From Mytilus californianus (taxonomy: Eukaryota): 64,000 nt of DNA. Below the pieces are notes generated by a model. That model saw only the letters and a program-made list of their open reading frames with translations, was not told the origin of the DNA and made no database searches. Of the stretch, positions 36,477-50,700 are shown piece by piece (the stretch's first letter is position 1; every line of letters begins with the position of its first letter). A program made the translations under genes and the position numbers. The DNA is taken from contig NW_026262670.1 in the NCBI RefSeq assembly GCF_021869535.1, positions 5,394,001 through 5,458,000 of the forward strand, given 5' to 3'.

Positions 36477-37043
36477 TTACTTCTTCTTTGGTGTCTTCTT
36501 GGCTTTTGGTTTGGCTGCCTTCTTTTTAGCTGGTGACTTGGCTGCCTTCTTTGGCTTGGCTGCTTTCTTTGCTGCTGGTTTCTTAGCTTTAGGCTTGGCT
36601 GCCTTTTTCTCTCCAGCTGGTTTCTTTGCTGCCTTCTTTTTCTTAGGTGTGCTCTTTGCCTTCTTTGGCTTGGCAGCCTTAGGTTTAGCTGCTTTCTTTG
36701 CCTTTGCTGGCTTCTTTTTAGCTTGTTTTGCTTCTCCAATTCTGAAAGATCCGGATGCTCCAGTTCCCTTGGACTGCTTCAAACTGTTGTTCTTAACTCC
36801 GGCTCTGAGTGCAAGTTTTAAATGAGCGTTTACTGACTTGGCATCTTTTCCGACGTTGAAGTTGGCCATGATGTACTTCAAAATTGCTTGCCTTGAGGAA
36901 CCTCCACGTTCTTTCAAAGCAGCGATGGCTTTCCCAATCATCTCGCTGTATTTAGGATGTGCTGAAGGCTTCTTTGGCTTAGCTGCTGCCTTTTTCTTTG
37001 GTGATTTAGCTGGTGCTGGTGCTGGTGCTGCTACGTCTGCCAT
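36477..37043 (-). CDS. H1: Histone H1, copy 3
   Basis: 188 aa, identical to copy 1. Confidence 0.98.
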   Translation of the reverse strand: MADVAAPAPAPAKSPKKKAAAKPKKPSAHPKYSEMIGKAIAALKERGGSSRQAILKYIMANFNVGKDAKSVNAHLKLALRAGVKNNSLKQSKGTGASGSFRIGEAKQAKKKPAKAKKAAKPKAAKPKKAKSTPKKKKAAKKPAGEKKAAKPKAKKPAAKKAAKPKKAAKSPAKKKAAKPKAKKTPKKK

Positions 37044-40000
37044 TTTGAACGATTCAAAATATTATCCTTTACGAAGTTTATACTACAAATAACGATTTGA
37101 AAATAACGCCATTCAAGGCCTCGTTTATTTATAACAGACGAACGCGGACCTCGACGAAGACACCCTTAAAAATAACTTGTAAAATCCATTACGCGATCTC
37201 GGTAAAATGATTATGTGCTTCTTCGAAGACTTTTATGATAATTTTTAGTATAATTCTATCAAAAACATTCACATATAGCATATCAAATTGCTCAACAGTC
37301 ATTAATCTTGCAGGTTAGATAAACTGTGTATTTTTCAATGATCACAGTAGAAAGATATTAATAGTTAAAGTAGAACCGACTGATTTGTCTTCGCAGGTAT
37401 GTTGACAGAAAATTTACGAGTTTTTCTCAATAGAAAAATATTCTACCGTCGTAAAATTGTGCAGCGGAAGAAATATCATTTCTCTACGGGTTTCTTTCCG
37501 TTTTTATTCACTGGACGTATGTTACTCGTCGTAATAAGTTTGTTTTCAGCTGGAGGGAAACACACAAAAAGTTCACGCGCCATTGTTTGGTTGCAGATTT
37601 TTACGAAAACTTCAAAAAACATTTTTATTCAACCTGAGCGAAATTTCACAGACATCCTAGATTCGAATGAATAAAACCAATATCTAGAATATGTATTTGG
37701 AATGTCGTTTAATTTAATCTAGCTTTGGGAACTTTTCAGAGAGCGACTTTATGTTCAGTGGATATGAGGCACTAGAAACTTGACTGTGCTGTATGATGCG
37801 TCTCTGCTTTTATTTCCATTTTCATGTAAAATTTGAGCACTTCGTGCTCTAAAACTCGAATATGTCTTGTTGAATATATCATATTTTTCAAAAAATATAT
37901 GTACTTAATTTTATTATCAATTAAACGATGGTCCGTGCTCGAACTGGCCACCTGAAAGTTTCAATACAAAATATACCAACCAAACCCAATATTCTTGTAT
38001 TTTTATAATTCGAAAGTTGTACACATCATTTGCCTCTAAATTAACAATTACAAAGGTTCATCTGTTTTTAAAAAAAGGGGGGGGGGGGGGTTCACGGTGA
38101 AGACTCTGGCCATAAATATGCATTTTTCCTATATAGGCTAGGCAAGTATAAGACCAGAATCGGTACCGGGTGAAGCAGCATACACACGGACGATTCAAAA
38201 GAGACATAAAGACAAAAATCACACCAATGTTAACCATTAGACTTGGGGCAAAAATAGTCTCCACTGTATTTAACTGAACCCCTTCCCCCCACAAAAAAAA
38301 ATCCCGAGGAAAAGGGGGGGTGTATATATTTTCAATGAATGATAGTTGGACTGAAATATTTGTTACCTATTGCAACATTAACAAGCAGATTTAATGTAAA
38401 AAGAATCCCAAAGCAAGATTGAAACGAAGAAAAAGATATTCTCCGTTAAAAAAATAAATAAATAGGTTTCTCTATTGTCTGTTGATTTCTGTGAAGGCCA
38501 ATTAGCATATAGCGTTTAATGGATGTTAGTTCAAGTCTCAACATGCTGTGGGTTTTTCTTTCTTTCTTAATTTGTAAACCTTTTTTTCTGTTTCTTTTTC
38601 ATTTTTGTGGAGGATTATTTTTTTTTTGGGGGGGGGGGGGGGAGTAATTGTTTGACATGAAATTTAGTTGTTTATGAATAGAACACACACTTTAATAGTA
38701 AATCCAAAGTACTATTTAGGTCGTTTTTTATTCCCAGCATGATGGAACTATTTTCTACATGTTAGGACAACCTCATGATGTTGACAACCAGTAGAAATTT
38801 AAAACTTTTTCTTTCTAGTTCTCTCTTAGTCGTATCAAATCCAGAAAAAAAAGAAATAAGAATCAATTTCTATCAAACGTGAATCCTATCCCTCTTTTCA
38901 GCTATGGGTAGAAACGTAAACAACAGGACAAGTTTGGCATGTTCTTTGGGACAGAAACCCAACAACACCAGATCGATAGATTTTTTTATTTCCAATAGAG
39001 GACTTAATCTATAATCAAATATTTCATTCTTGGGCTTTTTATTACTTTCTATCTCCTTTTTTATTTTCTTCTTTAAATGTTTTTATGAATTATCATATTT
39101 GAAGCAATTCTTTTCATATTGACATTGAACGCCTTTTCTCTGTCTCAATATACAGTATTTATCACAAATGAAGGAAAATGTCTTGGCGAAAAGAGGTGTG
39201 TTTGCTGTCCGGGGGTTAGGGTAGTCTTAATTGAAAACGGCAGCAACAAACGTTTCTCAATGTATACACAAATAAGCGCATTTAATACTGTCAGTCACAC
39301 ATTGTCTGTATATACTAGTAGACTTTGTTTTTCTGTGTCGTTAAGTTGCTGTCATTTCAATATGAAAATAACCTCTTCTGTTATATTAGAATCCTACAAT
39401 TTCGTAAACAATCCTTTAAAATGCATGATACATGTTATCAAAGAAATAAACCCTTTTCTTACCTTTTGTACAAATGTCCGTCCATCCTTGTTTTAGTTCA
39501 TAACAGTAGACATGCTACGTATGTGACGTCACTGTATTGTTTCTGGTTTATTCATCTCGCGTGCTTTGAACAGATTAAAATGACATAACAAAGACACAGA
39601 CAAGTCGTCAAAACACTAAAAAACAGAGAGAAAAAAGAAGAGAAAAACAAACAGGACAACCCATTTTAAAGAAACATAAAAGCAAGTAGGTGCATTTATT
39701 TCATACACGAGTAAAACAAAGGAAAATTCGAGAGGTGAAGAAAAGTATCAATATGGTTACATAATCAGCTATCGTCAATAACAGGAACGCTCCTTTTACT
39801 ATCCCCCAACCCCAAACACACATCTCCAACGATAGAACCACGATGAAAAGCGAGTCCAAACATAAAAGACTGGTGATATATGAATGTAAGTACACTCGCA
39901 CTATATATATCTGCATGTAATAAAATGAAAAAATAATTGCAGAACTGTTAAATGTTTAACAAAAACCTCCATACTTTAGAGTTTCCTGCTAACTTTTAAT

Positions 40001-40549
40001 ACACAATTGTAGTAATTTTGACAAAAAAAAAAACAAAAACAAAAAATAACAAACGTCACTGCATTCATTTTCTATTTGTTTACTTGTATGTTGACAATAC
40101 ATCTATACATCTTTTGTATTGTAAAATTGAGAATGCAAATGGGGAATCATGATGTCAAAGAGACAACAACCCGACCAAAGAGCAGACAACAGCCGAAGGC
40201 CACCAATGGGTCTTCAACGCAGCGAGAAAATCCCGCACCCGGAGGTGGTCCTCAGCTGGCCCCTAAATAAAATTGTGTACTAGTTCAGTGAAAATGGACG
40301 TCACATAATCAGCACATTTTTACAGTATATTAGTACCGAAAAAAGTACTGAGTTTAATTTAGAGTTACCTCCCCATTGACTAGTTGATATGAAATAGACG
40401 TCCAACCTTTGACATTGCATACGTGTAGAAAAAGTCCTCTAAAAAATTTCAGTCAAGATGAAAATGAATAAGAAGGGAGAAAAAAATCACATAATGAGAA
40501 AAATGAATTAGTTGGCTGAAGTGTTTAAATGTGTGATTTGCCCCCCAAC

Positions 40550-40580
<31 letters not shown>

Positions 40581-40935
40581 AGAGAATGAATAAAAAAAAA
40601 TATCACTTCCTTTATTCTTAGATTGTATTTTAATCGAATATTATTTTGAAAGAATTTTAATCAGTTCAAAAAATATGTGCGTGAAAGTAAAATGATATAT
40701 CTTTAATATTTCCTTACTAAAAATAATTTTCCCAAAAGGCAACTGCATAAATGTTAGAAATAGTATACTCTTAAGGAGTGAAATGAAGCAAAAAATGGAA
40801 ATAATTTGACTGAAAAAAATATTTCAAAGAACAGTGCAAAGTGAAGAAAAAAGAAAAGGGCAGGGTAGGGCTCAGCTATATTTAGTTTGATAACTAATGT
40901 ACAACAATTGTAGATTCTTTTTGAACAAATTGGGT

Positions 40936-40951
40936 AGCCCTTAAAAGGGCT
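40936..40951 (-). terminator. Histone 3' stem-loop, copy 4
   Basis: AGCCCTTTTAAGGGCT on the minus strand. Confidence 0.9.
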
Positions 40952-40994
40952 TTTGGTGGCTGAATAGCCTCTGCAGACTGTAGTCTGGAACAGT

Positions 40995-41556
40995 TTACTT
41001 CTTCTTTGGTGTCTTCTTGGCTTTTGGTTTGGCTGCCTTCTTTTTAGCTGGTGACTTGGCTGCCTTCTTTGGCTTGGCTGCTTTCTTTGCTGCTGGTTTC
41101 TTAGCTTTAGGCTTGGCTGCCTTTTTCTCTCCAGCTGGTTTCTTTGCTGCCTTCTTTTTCTTAGGTGTGCTCTTTGCCTTCTTTGGCTTGGCAGCCTTAG
41201 GTTTAGCTGCTTTCTTTGCCTTTGCTGGCTTCTTTTTAGCTTGTTTTGCTTCTCCAATTCTGAAAGATCCGGATGCTCCAGTTCCCTTGGACTGCTTCAA
41301 ACTGTTGTTCTTAACTCCGGCTCTGAGTGCAAGTTTTAAATGAGCGTTTACTGACTTGGCATCTTTTCCGACGTTGAAGTTGGCCATGATGTACTTCAAA
41401 ATTGCTTGCCTTGAGGAACCTCCACGTTCTTTCAAAGCAGCGATGGCTTTCCCAATCATCTCGCTGTATTTAGGATGTGCTGAAGGCTTCTTTGGCTTAG
41501 CTGCTGCCTTTTTCTTTGGTGATTTAGCTGGTGCTGGTGCTGGTGCTGCTACGTCT
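40995..41556 (-). CDS. H1: Histone H1, copy 4 (first 5 nt lost in the assembly gap)
   Basis: Identical from DVAAPAP onward; the 261-aa track ORF is read-through across N. Confidence 0.93.
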
Positions 41557-41656
41557 NNNNNNNNNNNNNNNNNNNNNNNNNNNNNNNNNNNNNNNNNNNN
41601 NNNNNNNNNNNNNNNNNNNNNNNNNNNNNNNNNNNNNNNNNNNNNNNNNNNNNNNN
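41557..41656. other. Assembly gap (100 N, probably of unknown size)
   Basis: Exactly 100 N; the two flanks are out of register with the 4.5-kb unit. Confidence 0.98.
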
Positions 41657-42603
41657 AGAGTTTCCTGCTAACTTTTAATACACAATTGTAGTAATTTTGA
41701 CAAAAAAAAAACAAAAACAAAAAATAACAAACGTCACTGCATTCATTTTCTATTTGTTTACTTGTATGTTGACAATACATCTATACATCTTTTGTATTGT
41801 AAAATTGAGAATGCTAATGGGGAATCATGATGTCAAAGAGACAACAACCCGACCAAAGAGCAGACAACAGCCGAAGGCCACCAATGGGTCTTCAACGCAG
41901 CGAGAAAATCCCGCACCCGGAGGTGGTCCTCAGCTGGCCCCTAAATAAAATTGTGTACTAGTTCACTACGGTGAAAATGGACGTCACATAATCAGCACAT
42001 TTTTACAGTATATTAGTACCGAAAAAAGTACTGAGTTTAATTTAGAGTTACCTCCCCATTGACTAGTTGATATGAAATAGACGTCCAACCTTTGACATTG
42101 CATACGTGTAGAAAAAGTCCTCTAAAAAATTTCAGTCAAGATGAAAATGAATAAGAAGGGAGAAAAAAATCACATAATGAGAAAAATGAATTAGTTGGTT
42201 GAAGTGTTTAAATGTGTGATTTGCCCCCCCCCCCCCCCAAAAAAAAAAAGAGAATGAATAAAAAAAAATATCACTTCCTTTATTCCTAGATTGTATTTTA
42301 ATCGAATATTATTTTGAAAGAATTTTAATCAGTTCAAAAAATATGTGCGTGAAAGTAAAATGATATATCTTTAATATTTCCTTACTAAAAATAATTTTCC
42401 CAAAAGGCAACTGCATAAATGTTAGAAATAGTATACTCTTAAGGAGTGAAATGAAGCAAAAAATGGAAATAATTTGACTGAAAAAAATATTTCAAAGAAC
42501 AGTGCAAAGTGAAGAAAAAAGAAAAGGGCAGGGTAGGGCTCAGCTATATTTAGTTTGATAACTAATGTACAACAATTGTAGATTCTTTTTGAACAAATTG
42601 GGT

Positions 42604-42619
42604 AGCCCTTAAAAGGGCT
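42604..42619 (-). terminator. Histone 3' stem-loop, copy 5
   Basis: AGCCCTTTTAAGGGCT on the minus strand. Confidence 0.9.
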
Positions 42620-42662
42620 TTTGGTGGCTGAATAGCCTCTGCAGACTGTAGTCTGGAACAGT

Positions 42663-43229
42663 TTACTTCTTCTTTGGTGTCTTCTTGGCTTTTGGTTTGG
42701 CTGCCTTCTTTTTAGCTGGTGACTTGGCTGCCTTCTTTGGCTTGGCTGCTTTCTTTGCTGCTGGTTTCTTAGCTTTAGGCTTGGCTGCCTTTTTCTCTCC
42801 AGCTGGTTTCTTTGCTGCCTTCTTTTTCTTAGGTGTGCTCTTTGCCTTCTTTGGCTTGGCAGCCTTAGGTTTAGCTGCTTTCTTTGCCTTTGCTGGCTTC
42901 TTTTTAGCTTGTTTTGCTTCTCCAATTCTGAAAGATCCGGATGCTCCAGTTCCCTTGGACTGCTTCAAACTGTTGTTCTTAACTCCGGCTCTGAGTGCAA
43001 GTTTTAAATGAGCGTTTACTGACTTGGCATCTTTTCCGACGTTGAAGTTGGCCATGATGTACTTCAAAATTGCTTGCCTTGAGGAACCTCCACGTTCTTT
43101 CAAAGCAGCGATGGCTTTCCCAATCATCTCGCTGTATTTAGGATGTGCTGAAGGCTTCTTTGGCTTAGCTGCTGCCTTTTTCTTTGGTGATTTAGCTGGT
43201 GCTGGTGCTGGTGCTGCTACGTCTGCCAT
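42663..43229 (-). CDS. H1: Histone H1, copy 5
   Basis: 188 aa, identical to copy 1. Confidence 0.98.
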   Translation of the reverse strand: MADVAAPAPAPAKSPKKKAAAKPKKPSAHPKYSEMIGKAIAALKERGGSSRQAILKYIMANFNVGKDAKSVNAHLKLALRAGVKNNSLKQSKGTGASGSFRIGEAKQAKKKPAKAKKAAKPKAAKPKKAKSTPKKKKAAKKPAGEKKAAKPKAKKPAAKKAAKPKKAAKSPAKKKAAKPKAKKTPKKK

Positions 43230-46200
43230 TTTGAACGATTCAAAATATTATCCTTTACGAAGTTTATACTACGAATAACGATTTGAAAATAACGCCATTC
43301 AAGGCCTCGTTTATTTATAACAGACGAACGCGGACCTCGACGAAGACACCCTTAAAAATAACTTGTAAAATCCATTACGCGATCTCGGTAAAATGATTAT
43401 GTGCTTCTTCGAAGACTTTTATGATAATTTTTAGTATAATTCTATCAAAAACATTCACATATAGCATATCAAATTGCTCAACAGTCATTAATCTTGCAGG
43501 TTAGATAAACTGTGTATTTTTCAATGATCACAGTAGAAAGATATTAATAGTTAAAGTAGAACCGACTGATTTGTCTTCGCAGGTATGTTGACAGAAAATT
43601 TACGAGTTTTTCTCAATAGAAAAATATTCTACCGTCGTAAAATTGTGCAGCGGAAGAAATATCATTTCTCTACAGGTTTCTTTCCGTTTTTATTCACTGG
43701 ACGTATGTTACTCGTCGTAATAAGTTTGTTTTCAGCTGGAGGGAAACACACAAAAAGTTCACGCGCCATTGTTTGGTTGCAGATTTTTACGAAAACTTCA
43801 AAAAACATTTTTATTCAACCTGAGCGAAATTTCACAGACATCCTAGATTCGAATGAATAAAACCAATATCTAGAATATGTATTTGGAATGTCGTTTAATT
43901 TAATCTAGCTTTGGGAACTTTTCAGAGAGCGACTTTATGTTCAGTGGATATGAGGCACTAGAAACTTGACTGTGCTGTATGATGCGTCTCTGCTTTTATT
44001 TCCATTTTCATGTAAAATTTGAGCACTTCGTGCTCTAAAACTCGAATATGTCTTGTTGAATATATCATATTTTTCAAAAAATATATGTACTTAATTTTAT
44101 TATCAATTAAACGATGGTCCGTGCTCGAACTGGCCACCTGAAAGTTTCAATACAAAATATACCAACCAAACCCAAGATTCTTGTATTTTTATAATTCGAA
44201 AGTTGTACACATCATTTGCCTCTAAATTAACAATTACAAAGGTTCATCTGTTTTTAAAAAGGGGGGGGGGGGGGTTCACGGTGAAGACTCTGGCCATAAA
44301 TATGCATTTTTCCTATATAGGCTAGGCAAGTATAAGACCAGAATCGGTACCGGGTGAAGCAGCATACACACGGACGATTCAAAAGAGACATAAAGACAAA
44401 AATCACACCAATGTTAACCATTAGACTTGGGGCAAAAATAGTCTCCACTGTATTTAACTGAACCCCTTCCCCCACAAAAAAAAATCCCTAGGAAAAGGGG
44501 GGGTGTATATATTTTCAATGAATAATAGTTGGACTGAAATATTTGTTACCTATTGCAACATTAACAAGCAGATTTAATGTAAAAAGAATCCCAAAGCAAG
44601 ATTGAAACGAAGAAAAAGATATTCTCCGTTAAAAAAATAAATAAATAGGTTTCTCTATTGTCTGTTGATTTCTGTGAAGGCCAATTAGCATATAGCGTTT
44701 AATGGATGTTAGTTCAAGTCTCAACATGCTGTGGGTTTTTCTTTCTTTCTTAATTTGTAAACCTTTTTTTCTGTTTCTTTTTCATTTTTGTGGAGGATTA
44801 TTTTTTTTTTTGGGGGGGGGGGGGGGGGAGTAATTGTTTGACATGAAATTTAGTTGTTTATGAATAGAACACACACTTTAATAGTAAATCCAAAGTACTA
44901 TTTAGGTCGTTTTTTATTCCCAGCATGATGGAACTATTTTCTACATGTTAGGACAACCTCATGATGTTGACAACCAGTAGAAATTTAAAACTTTTTCTTT
45001 CTAGTTCTCTCTTAGTCGTATCAAATCCAGAAAAAAAAGAAATAAGAATCAATTTCTATCAAACGTGAATCCTATCCCTCTTTTCAGCTATGGTTAGAAA
45101 CGTAAACAACAGGACAAGTTTGGCATGTTCTTTGGGACAGAAACCCAACAACACCAGATCGATAGATTTTTTATTTCCAATAGAGGACTTAATCTATAAT
45201 CAAATATTTCATTCTTGGGCTTTTTATTACTTTCTATCTCCTTTTTTATTTTCTTCTTTAAATGTTTTTATGAATTATCATATTTGAAGCTATTCTTTTC
45301 ATATTGACATTGAACGCCTTTTCTCTGTCTCAATATACAGTATTTATCACAAATGAAGGAAAATGTCTTGGCGAAAAGAGGTGTGTTTGCTGTCCGGGGG
45401 TTAGGGTAGTCTTAATTGAAAACGGCAGCAACAAACGTTTCTCAATGTATACACAAATAAGCGCATTTAATACTGTCAGTCACACATTGTCTGTATATAC
45501 TAGTAGACTTTGTTTTTCTGTGTCGTTAAGTTGCTGTCATTTCAATATGAAAATAACCTCTTCTGTTATATTAGAATCCTACAATTTCGTAAACAATCCT
45601 TTAAAATGCATGATACATGTTATCAAAGAAATAAACCCTTTTCTTACCTTTTGTACAAATGTCCGTCCATCCTTGTTTTAGTTCATAACAGTAGACATGC
45701 TACGTATGTGACGTCACTGTATTGTTTCTGGTTTATTCATCTCGCGTGCTTTGAACAGATTAAAATGACATAACAAAGACACAGACAAGTCGTCAAAACA
45801 CTAAAAAACAGAGAGAAAAAAGAAGAGAAAAACAAACAGGACAACCCATTTTAAAGAAACATAAAAGCAAGTAGATGCATTTATTTCATACACGAGTAAA
45901 ACAAAGGAAAATTCGAGAGGTGAAGAAAAGTATCAATATGGTTACATAATCAGCTATCGTCAATAACAGGAACGCTCCTTTTACTATCCCCCAACCCCAA
46001 ACACACATCTCCAACGATAGAACCACGATGAAAAGCGAGTCCAAACATAAAAGACTGATGATATATGAATGTAAATACACTCGCACTATATATATCTGCA
46101 TGTAATAAAATGAAAAATAATTGCAGAACTGTTAAATGTTTAACAAAAACCTCCATACTTTAGAGTTTCCTGCTAACTTTTAATACACAATTGTAGTAAT

Positions 46201-47117
46201 TTTGACAAAAAAAAAACAAAAACAAAAAATAACAAACGTCACTGCATTCATTTTCTATTTGTTTACTTGTATGTTGACAATACATCTATACATCTTTTGT
46301 ATTGTAAAATTGAGAATGCAAATGGGGAATCATGATGTCAAAGAGACAACAACCCGACCAAAGAGCAGACAACAGCCGAAGGCCACCAATGGGTCTTCAA
46401 CGCAGCGAGAAAATCCCGCACCCGGAGGTGGTCCTCAGCTGGCCCCTAAATAAAATTGTGTACTAGTTCACTACGGTGAAAATGGACGTCACATAATCAG
46501 CACATTTTTACAGTATATTAGTACCGAAAAAAGTACTGAGTTTAATTTAGAGTTACCTCCCCATTGACTAGTTGATATGAAATAGACGTCCAACCTTTGA
46601 CATTGCATACGTGTAGAAAAAGTCCTCTAAAAAATTTCAGTCAAGATGAAAATGAATAAGAAGGGAGAAAAAAATCACATAATGAGAAAAATGAATTAGT
46701 TGGTTGAAGTGTTTAAATGTGTGATTTGCCCCCCCCCCCCCCCCCCCCCCCCCCAAAAAAAAAGAGAATGAATAAAAAAAAATATCACTTCCTTTATTCT
46801 TAGATTGTATTTTAATCGAATATTATTTTGAAAGAATTTTAATCAGTTCAAAAAATATGTGCGTGAAAGTAAAATGATATATCTTTAATATTTCCTTACT
46901 AAAAATAATTTTCCCAAAAGGCAACTGCATAAATGTTAGAAATAGTATACTCTTAAGGAGTGAAATGAAGCAAAAAATGGAAATAATTTGACTGAAAAAA
47001 ATATTTCAAAGAACAGTGCAAAGTGAAGAAAAAAGAAAAGGGCAGGGTAGGGCTCAGCTATATTTAGTTTGATAACTAATGTACAACAATTGTAGATTCT
47101 TTTTGAACAAATTGGGT

Positions 47118-47133
47118 AGCCCTTAAAAGGGCT
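47118..47133 (-). terminator. Histone 3' stem-loop, copy 6
   Basis: AGCCCTTTTAAGGGCT on the minus strand. Confidence 0.9.
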
Positions 47134-47176
47134 TTTGGTGGCTGAATAGCCTCTGCAGACTGTAGTCTGGAACAGT

Positions 47177-47743
47177 TTACTTCTTCTTTGGTGTCTTCTT
47201 GGCTTTTGGTTTGGCTGCCTTCTTTTTAGCTGGTGACTTGGCTGCCTTCTTTGGCTTGGCTGCTTTCTTTGCTGCTGGTTTCTTAGCTTTAGGCTTGGCT
47301 GCCTTTTTCTCTCCAGCTGGTTTCTTTGCTGCCTTCTTTTTCTTAGGTGTGCTCTTTGCCTTCTTTGGCTTGGCAGCCTTAGGTTTAGCTGCTTTCTTTG
47401 CCTTTGCTGGCTTCTTTTTAGCTTGTTTTGCTTCTCCAATTCTGAAAGATCCGGATGCTCCAGTTCCCTTGGACTGCTTCAAACTGTTGTTCTTAACTCC
47501 GGCTCTGAGTGCAAGTTTTAAATGAGCGTTTACTGACTTGGCATCTTTTCCGACGTTGAAGTTGGCCATGATGTACTTCAAAATTGCTTGCCTTGAGGAA
47601 CCTCCACGTTCTTTCAAAGCAGCGATGGCTTTCCCAATCATCTCGCTGTATTTAGGATGTGCTGAAGGCTTCTTTGGCTTAGCTGCTGCCTTTTTCTTTG
47701 GTGATTTAGCTGGTGCTGGTGCTGGTGCTGCTACGTCTGCCAT
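47177..47743 (-). CDS. H1: Histone H1, copy 6
   Basis: 188 aa, identical to copy 1. Confidence 0.98.
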   Translation of the reverse strand: MADVAAPAPAPAKSPKKKAAAKPKKPSAHPKYSEMIGKAIAALKERGGSSRQAILKYIMANFNVGKDAKSVNAHLKLALRAGVKNNSLKQSKGTGASGSFRIGEAKQAKKKPAKAKKAAKPKAAKPKKAKSTPKKKKAAKKPAGEKKAAKPKAKKPAAKKAAKPKKAAKSPAKKKAAKPKAKKTPKKK

Positions 47744-50700
47744 TTTGAACGATTCAAAATATTATCCTTTACGAAGTTTATACTACGAATAACGATTTGA
47801 AAATAACGCCATTCAAGGCCTAGTTTATTTATAACAGACGAACGCGGACCTCGACGAAGACACCCTTAAAAATAACTTGTAAAATCCATTACGCGATCTC
47901 GGTAAAATGATTATGTGCTTCTTCGAAGACTTTTATGATAATTTTTAGTATAATTCTATCAAAAACATTCACATATAGCATATCAAATTGCTCAACAGTC
48001 ATTAATCTTGCAGGTTAGATAAACTGTGTATTTTTCAATGATCACAGTAGAAAGATATTAATAGTTAAAGTAGAACCGACTGATTTGTCTTCGCAGGTAT
48101 GTTGACAGAAAATTTACGAGTTTTTCTCAATAGAAAAATATTCTACCGTCGTAAAATTGTGCAGCGGAAGAAATATCATTTCTCTACAGGTTTCTTTCCG
48201 TTTTTATTCACTGGACGTATGTTACTCGTCGTAATAAGTTTGTTTTCAGCTGGAGGGAAACACACAAAAAGTTCACGCGCCATTGTTTGGTTGCAGATTT
48301 TTACGAAAACTTCAAAAAACATTTTTATTCAACCTGAGCGAAATTTCACAGACATCCTAGATTCGAATGAATAAAACCAATATCTAGAATATGTATTTGG
48401 AATGTCGTTTAATTTAATCTAGCTTTGGGAACTTTTCAGAGAGCGACTTTATGTTCAGTGGATATGAGGCACTAGAAACTTGACTGTGCTGTATGATGCG
48501 TCTCTGCTTTTATTTCCATTTTCATGTAAAATTTGAGCACTTCGTGCTCTAAAACTCGAATATGTCTTGTTGAATATATCATATTTTTCAAAAAATATAT
48601 GTACTTAATTTTATTATCAATTAAACGATGGTCCGTGCTCGAACTGGCCACCTGAAAGTTTCAATACAAAATATACCAACCAAACCCAAGATTCTTGTAT
48701 TTTTATAATTCGAAAGTTGTACACATCATTTGCCTCTAAATTAACAATTACAAAGGTTCATCTGTTTTTAAAAAGGGGGGGGGGTTCACGGTGAAGACTC
48801 TGGCCATAAATATGCATTTTTCCTATATAGGCTAGGCAAGTATAAGACCAGAATCGGTACCGGGTGAAGCAGCATACACACGGACGATTCAAAAGAGACA
48901 TAAAGACAAAAATCACACCAATGTTAACCATTAGACTTGGGGCAAAAATAGTCTCCACTGTATTTAACTGAACCCCTTCCCCCACAAAAAAAAATCCCTA
49001 GGAAAAGGGGGGTGTATATATTTTCAATGAATGATAGTTGGACTGAAATATTTGTTACCTATTGCAACATTAACAAGCAGATTTAATGTAAAAAGAATCC
49101 CAAAGCAAGATTGAAACGAAGAAAAAGATATTCTCCGTTAAAAAAATAAATAAATAGGTTTCTCTATTGTCTGTTGATTTCTGTGAAGGCCAATTAGCAT
49201 ATAGCGTTTAATGGATGTTAGTTCAAGTCTCAACATGCTGTGGGTTTTTCTTTCTTTCTTAATTTGTAAACCTTTTTTTCTGTTTCTTTTTCATTTTTGT
49301 GGAGGATTATTTTTTTTTTTTGGGGGGGGGGGAGTAATTGTTTGACATGAAATTTAGTTGTTTATGAATAGAACACACACTTTAATAGTAAATCCAAAGT
49401 ACTATTTAGGTCGTTTTTTATTCCCAGCATGATGGAACTATTTTCTACATGTTAGGACAACCTCATGATGTTGACAACCAGTAGAAATTTAAAACTTTTT
49501 CTTTCTAGTTCTCTCTTAGTCGTATCAAATCCAGAAAAAAAAGAAATAAGAATCAATTTCTATCAAACGTGAATCCTATCCCTCTTTTCAGCTATGGTTA
49601 GAAACGTAAACAACAGGACAAGTTTGGCATGTTCTTTGGGACAGAAACCCAACAACACCAGATCGATAGATTTTTTATTTCCAATAGAGGACTTAATCTA
49701 TAATCAAATATTTCATTCTTGGGCTTTTTATTACTTTCTATCTCCTTTTTTATTTTCTTCTTTAAATGTTTTTATGAATTATCATATTTGAAGCTATTCT
49801 TTTCATATTGACATTGAACGCCTTTTCTCTGTCTCAATATACAGTATTTATCACAAATGAAGGAAAATGTCTTGGCGAAAAGAGGTGTGTTTGCTGTCCG
49901 GGGGTTAGGGTAGTCGTAATTGAAAACGGCAGCAACAAACGTTTCTCAATGTATACACAAATAAGCGCATTTAATACTGTCAGTCACACATTGTCTGTAT
50001 ATACTAGTAGACTTTGTTTTTCTGTGTCGTTAAGTTGCTGTCATTTCAATATGAAAATAACCTCTTCTGTTATATTAGAATCCTACAATTTCGTAAACAA
50101 TCCTTTAAAATGCATGATACATGTTATCAAAGAAATAAACCCTTTTCTTACCTTTTGTACAAATGTCCGTCCATCCTTGTTTTAGTTCATAACAGTAGAC
50201 ATGCTACGTATGTGACGTCACTGTATTGTTTCTGGTTTATTCATCTCGCGTGCTTTGAACAGATTAAAATGACATAACAAAGACACAGACAAGTCGTCAA
50301 AACACTAAAAAACAGAGAGAAAAAAGAAGAGAAAAACAAACAGGACAACCCATTTTAAAGAAACATAAAAGCAAGTAGGTGCATTTATTTCATACACGAG
50401 TAAAACAAAGGAAAATTCGAGAGGTGAAGAAAAGTATCAATATGGTTACATAATCAGCTATCGTCAATAACAGGAACGCTCCTTTTACTATCCCCCAACC
50501 CCAAACACACATCTCCAACGATAGAACCACGATGAAAAGCGAGTCCAAACATAAAAGACTGATGATATATGAATGTAAATACACTCGCACTATATATATC
50601 TGCATGTAATAAAATGAAAAATAATTGCAGAACTGTTAAATGTTTAACAAAAACCTCCATACTTTAGAGTTTCCTGCTAACTTTTAATACACAATTGTAG

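Noticed and set aside
40995-41780. 261-aa H1 with a novel N-terminus
   Set aside because: Artefact of translating through the 100-N gap.
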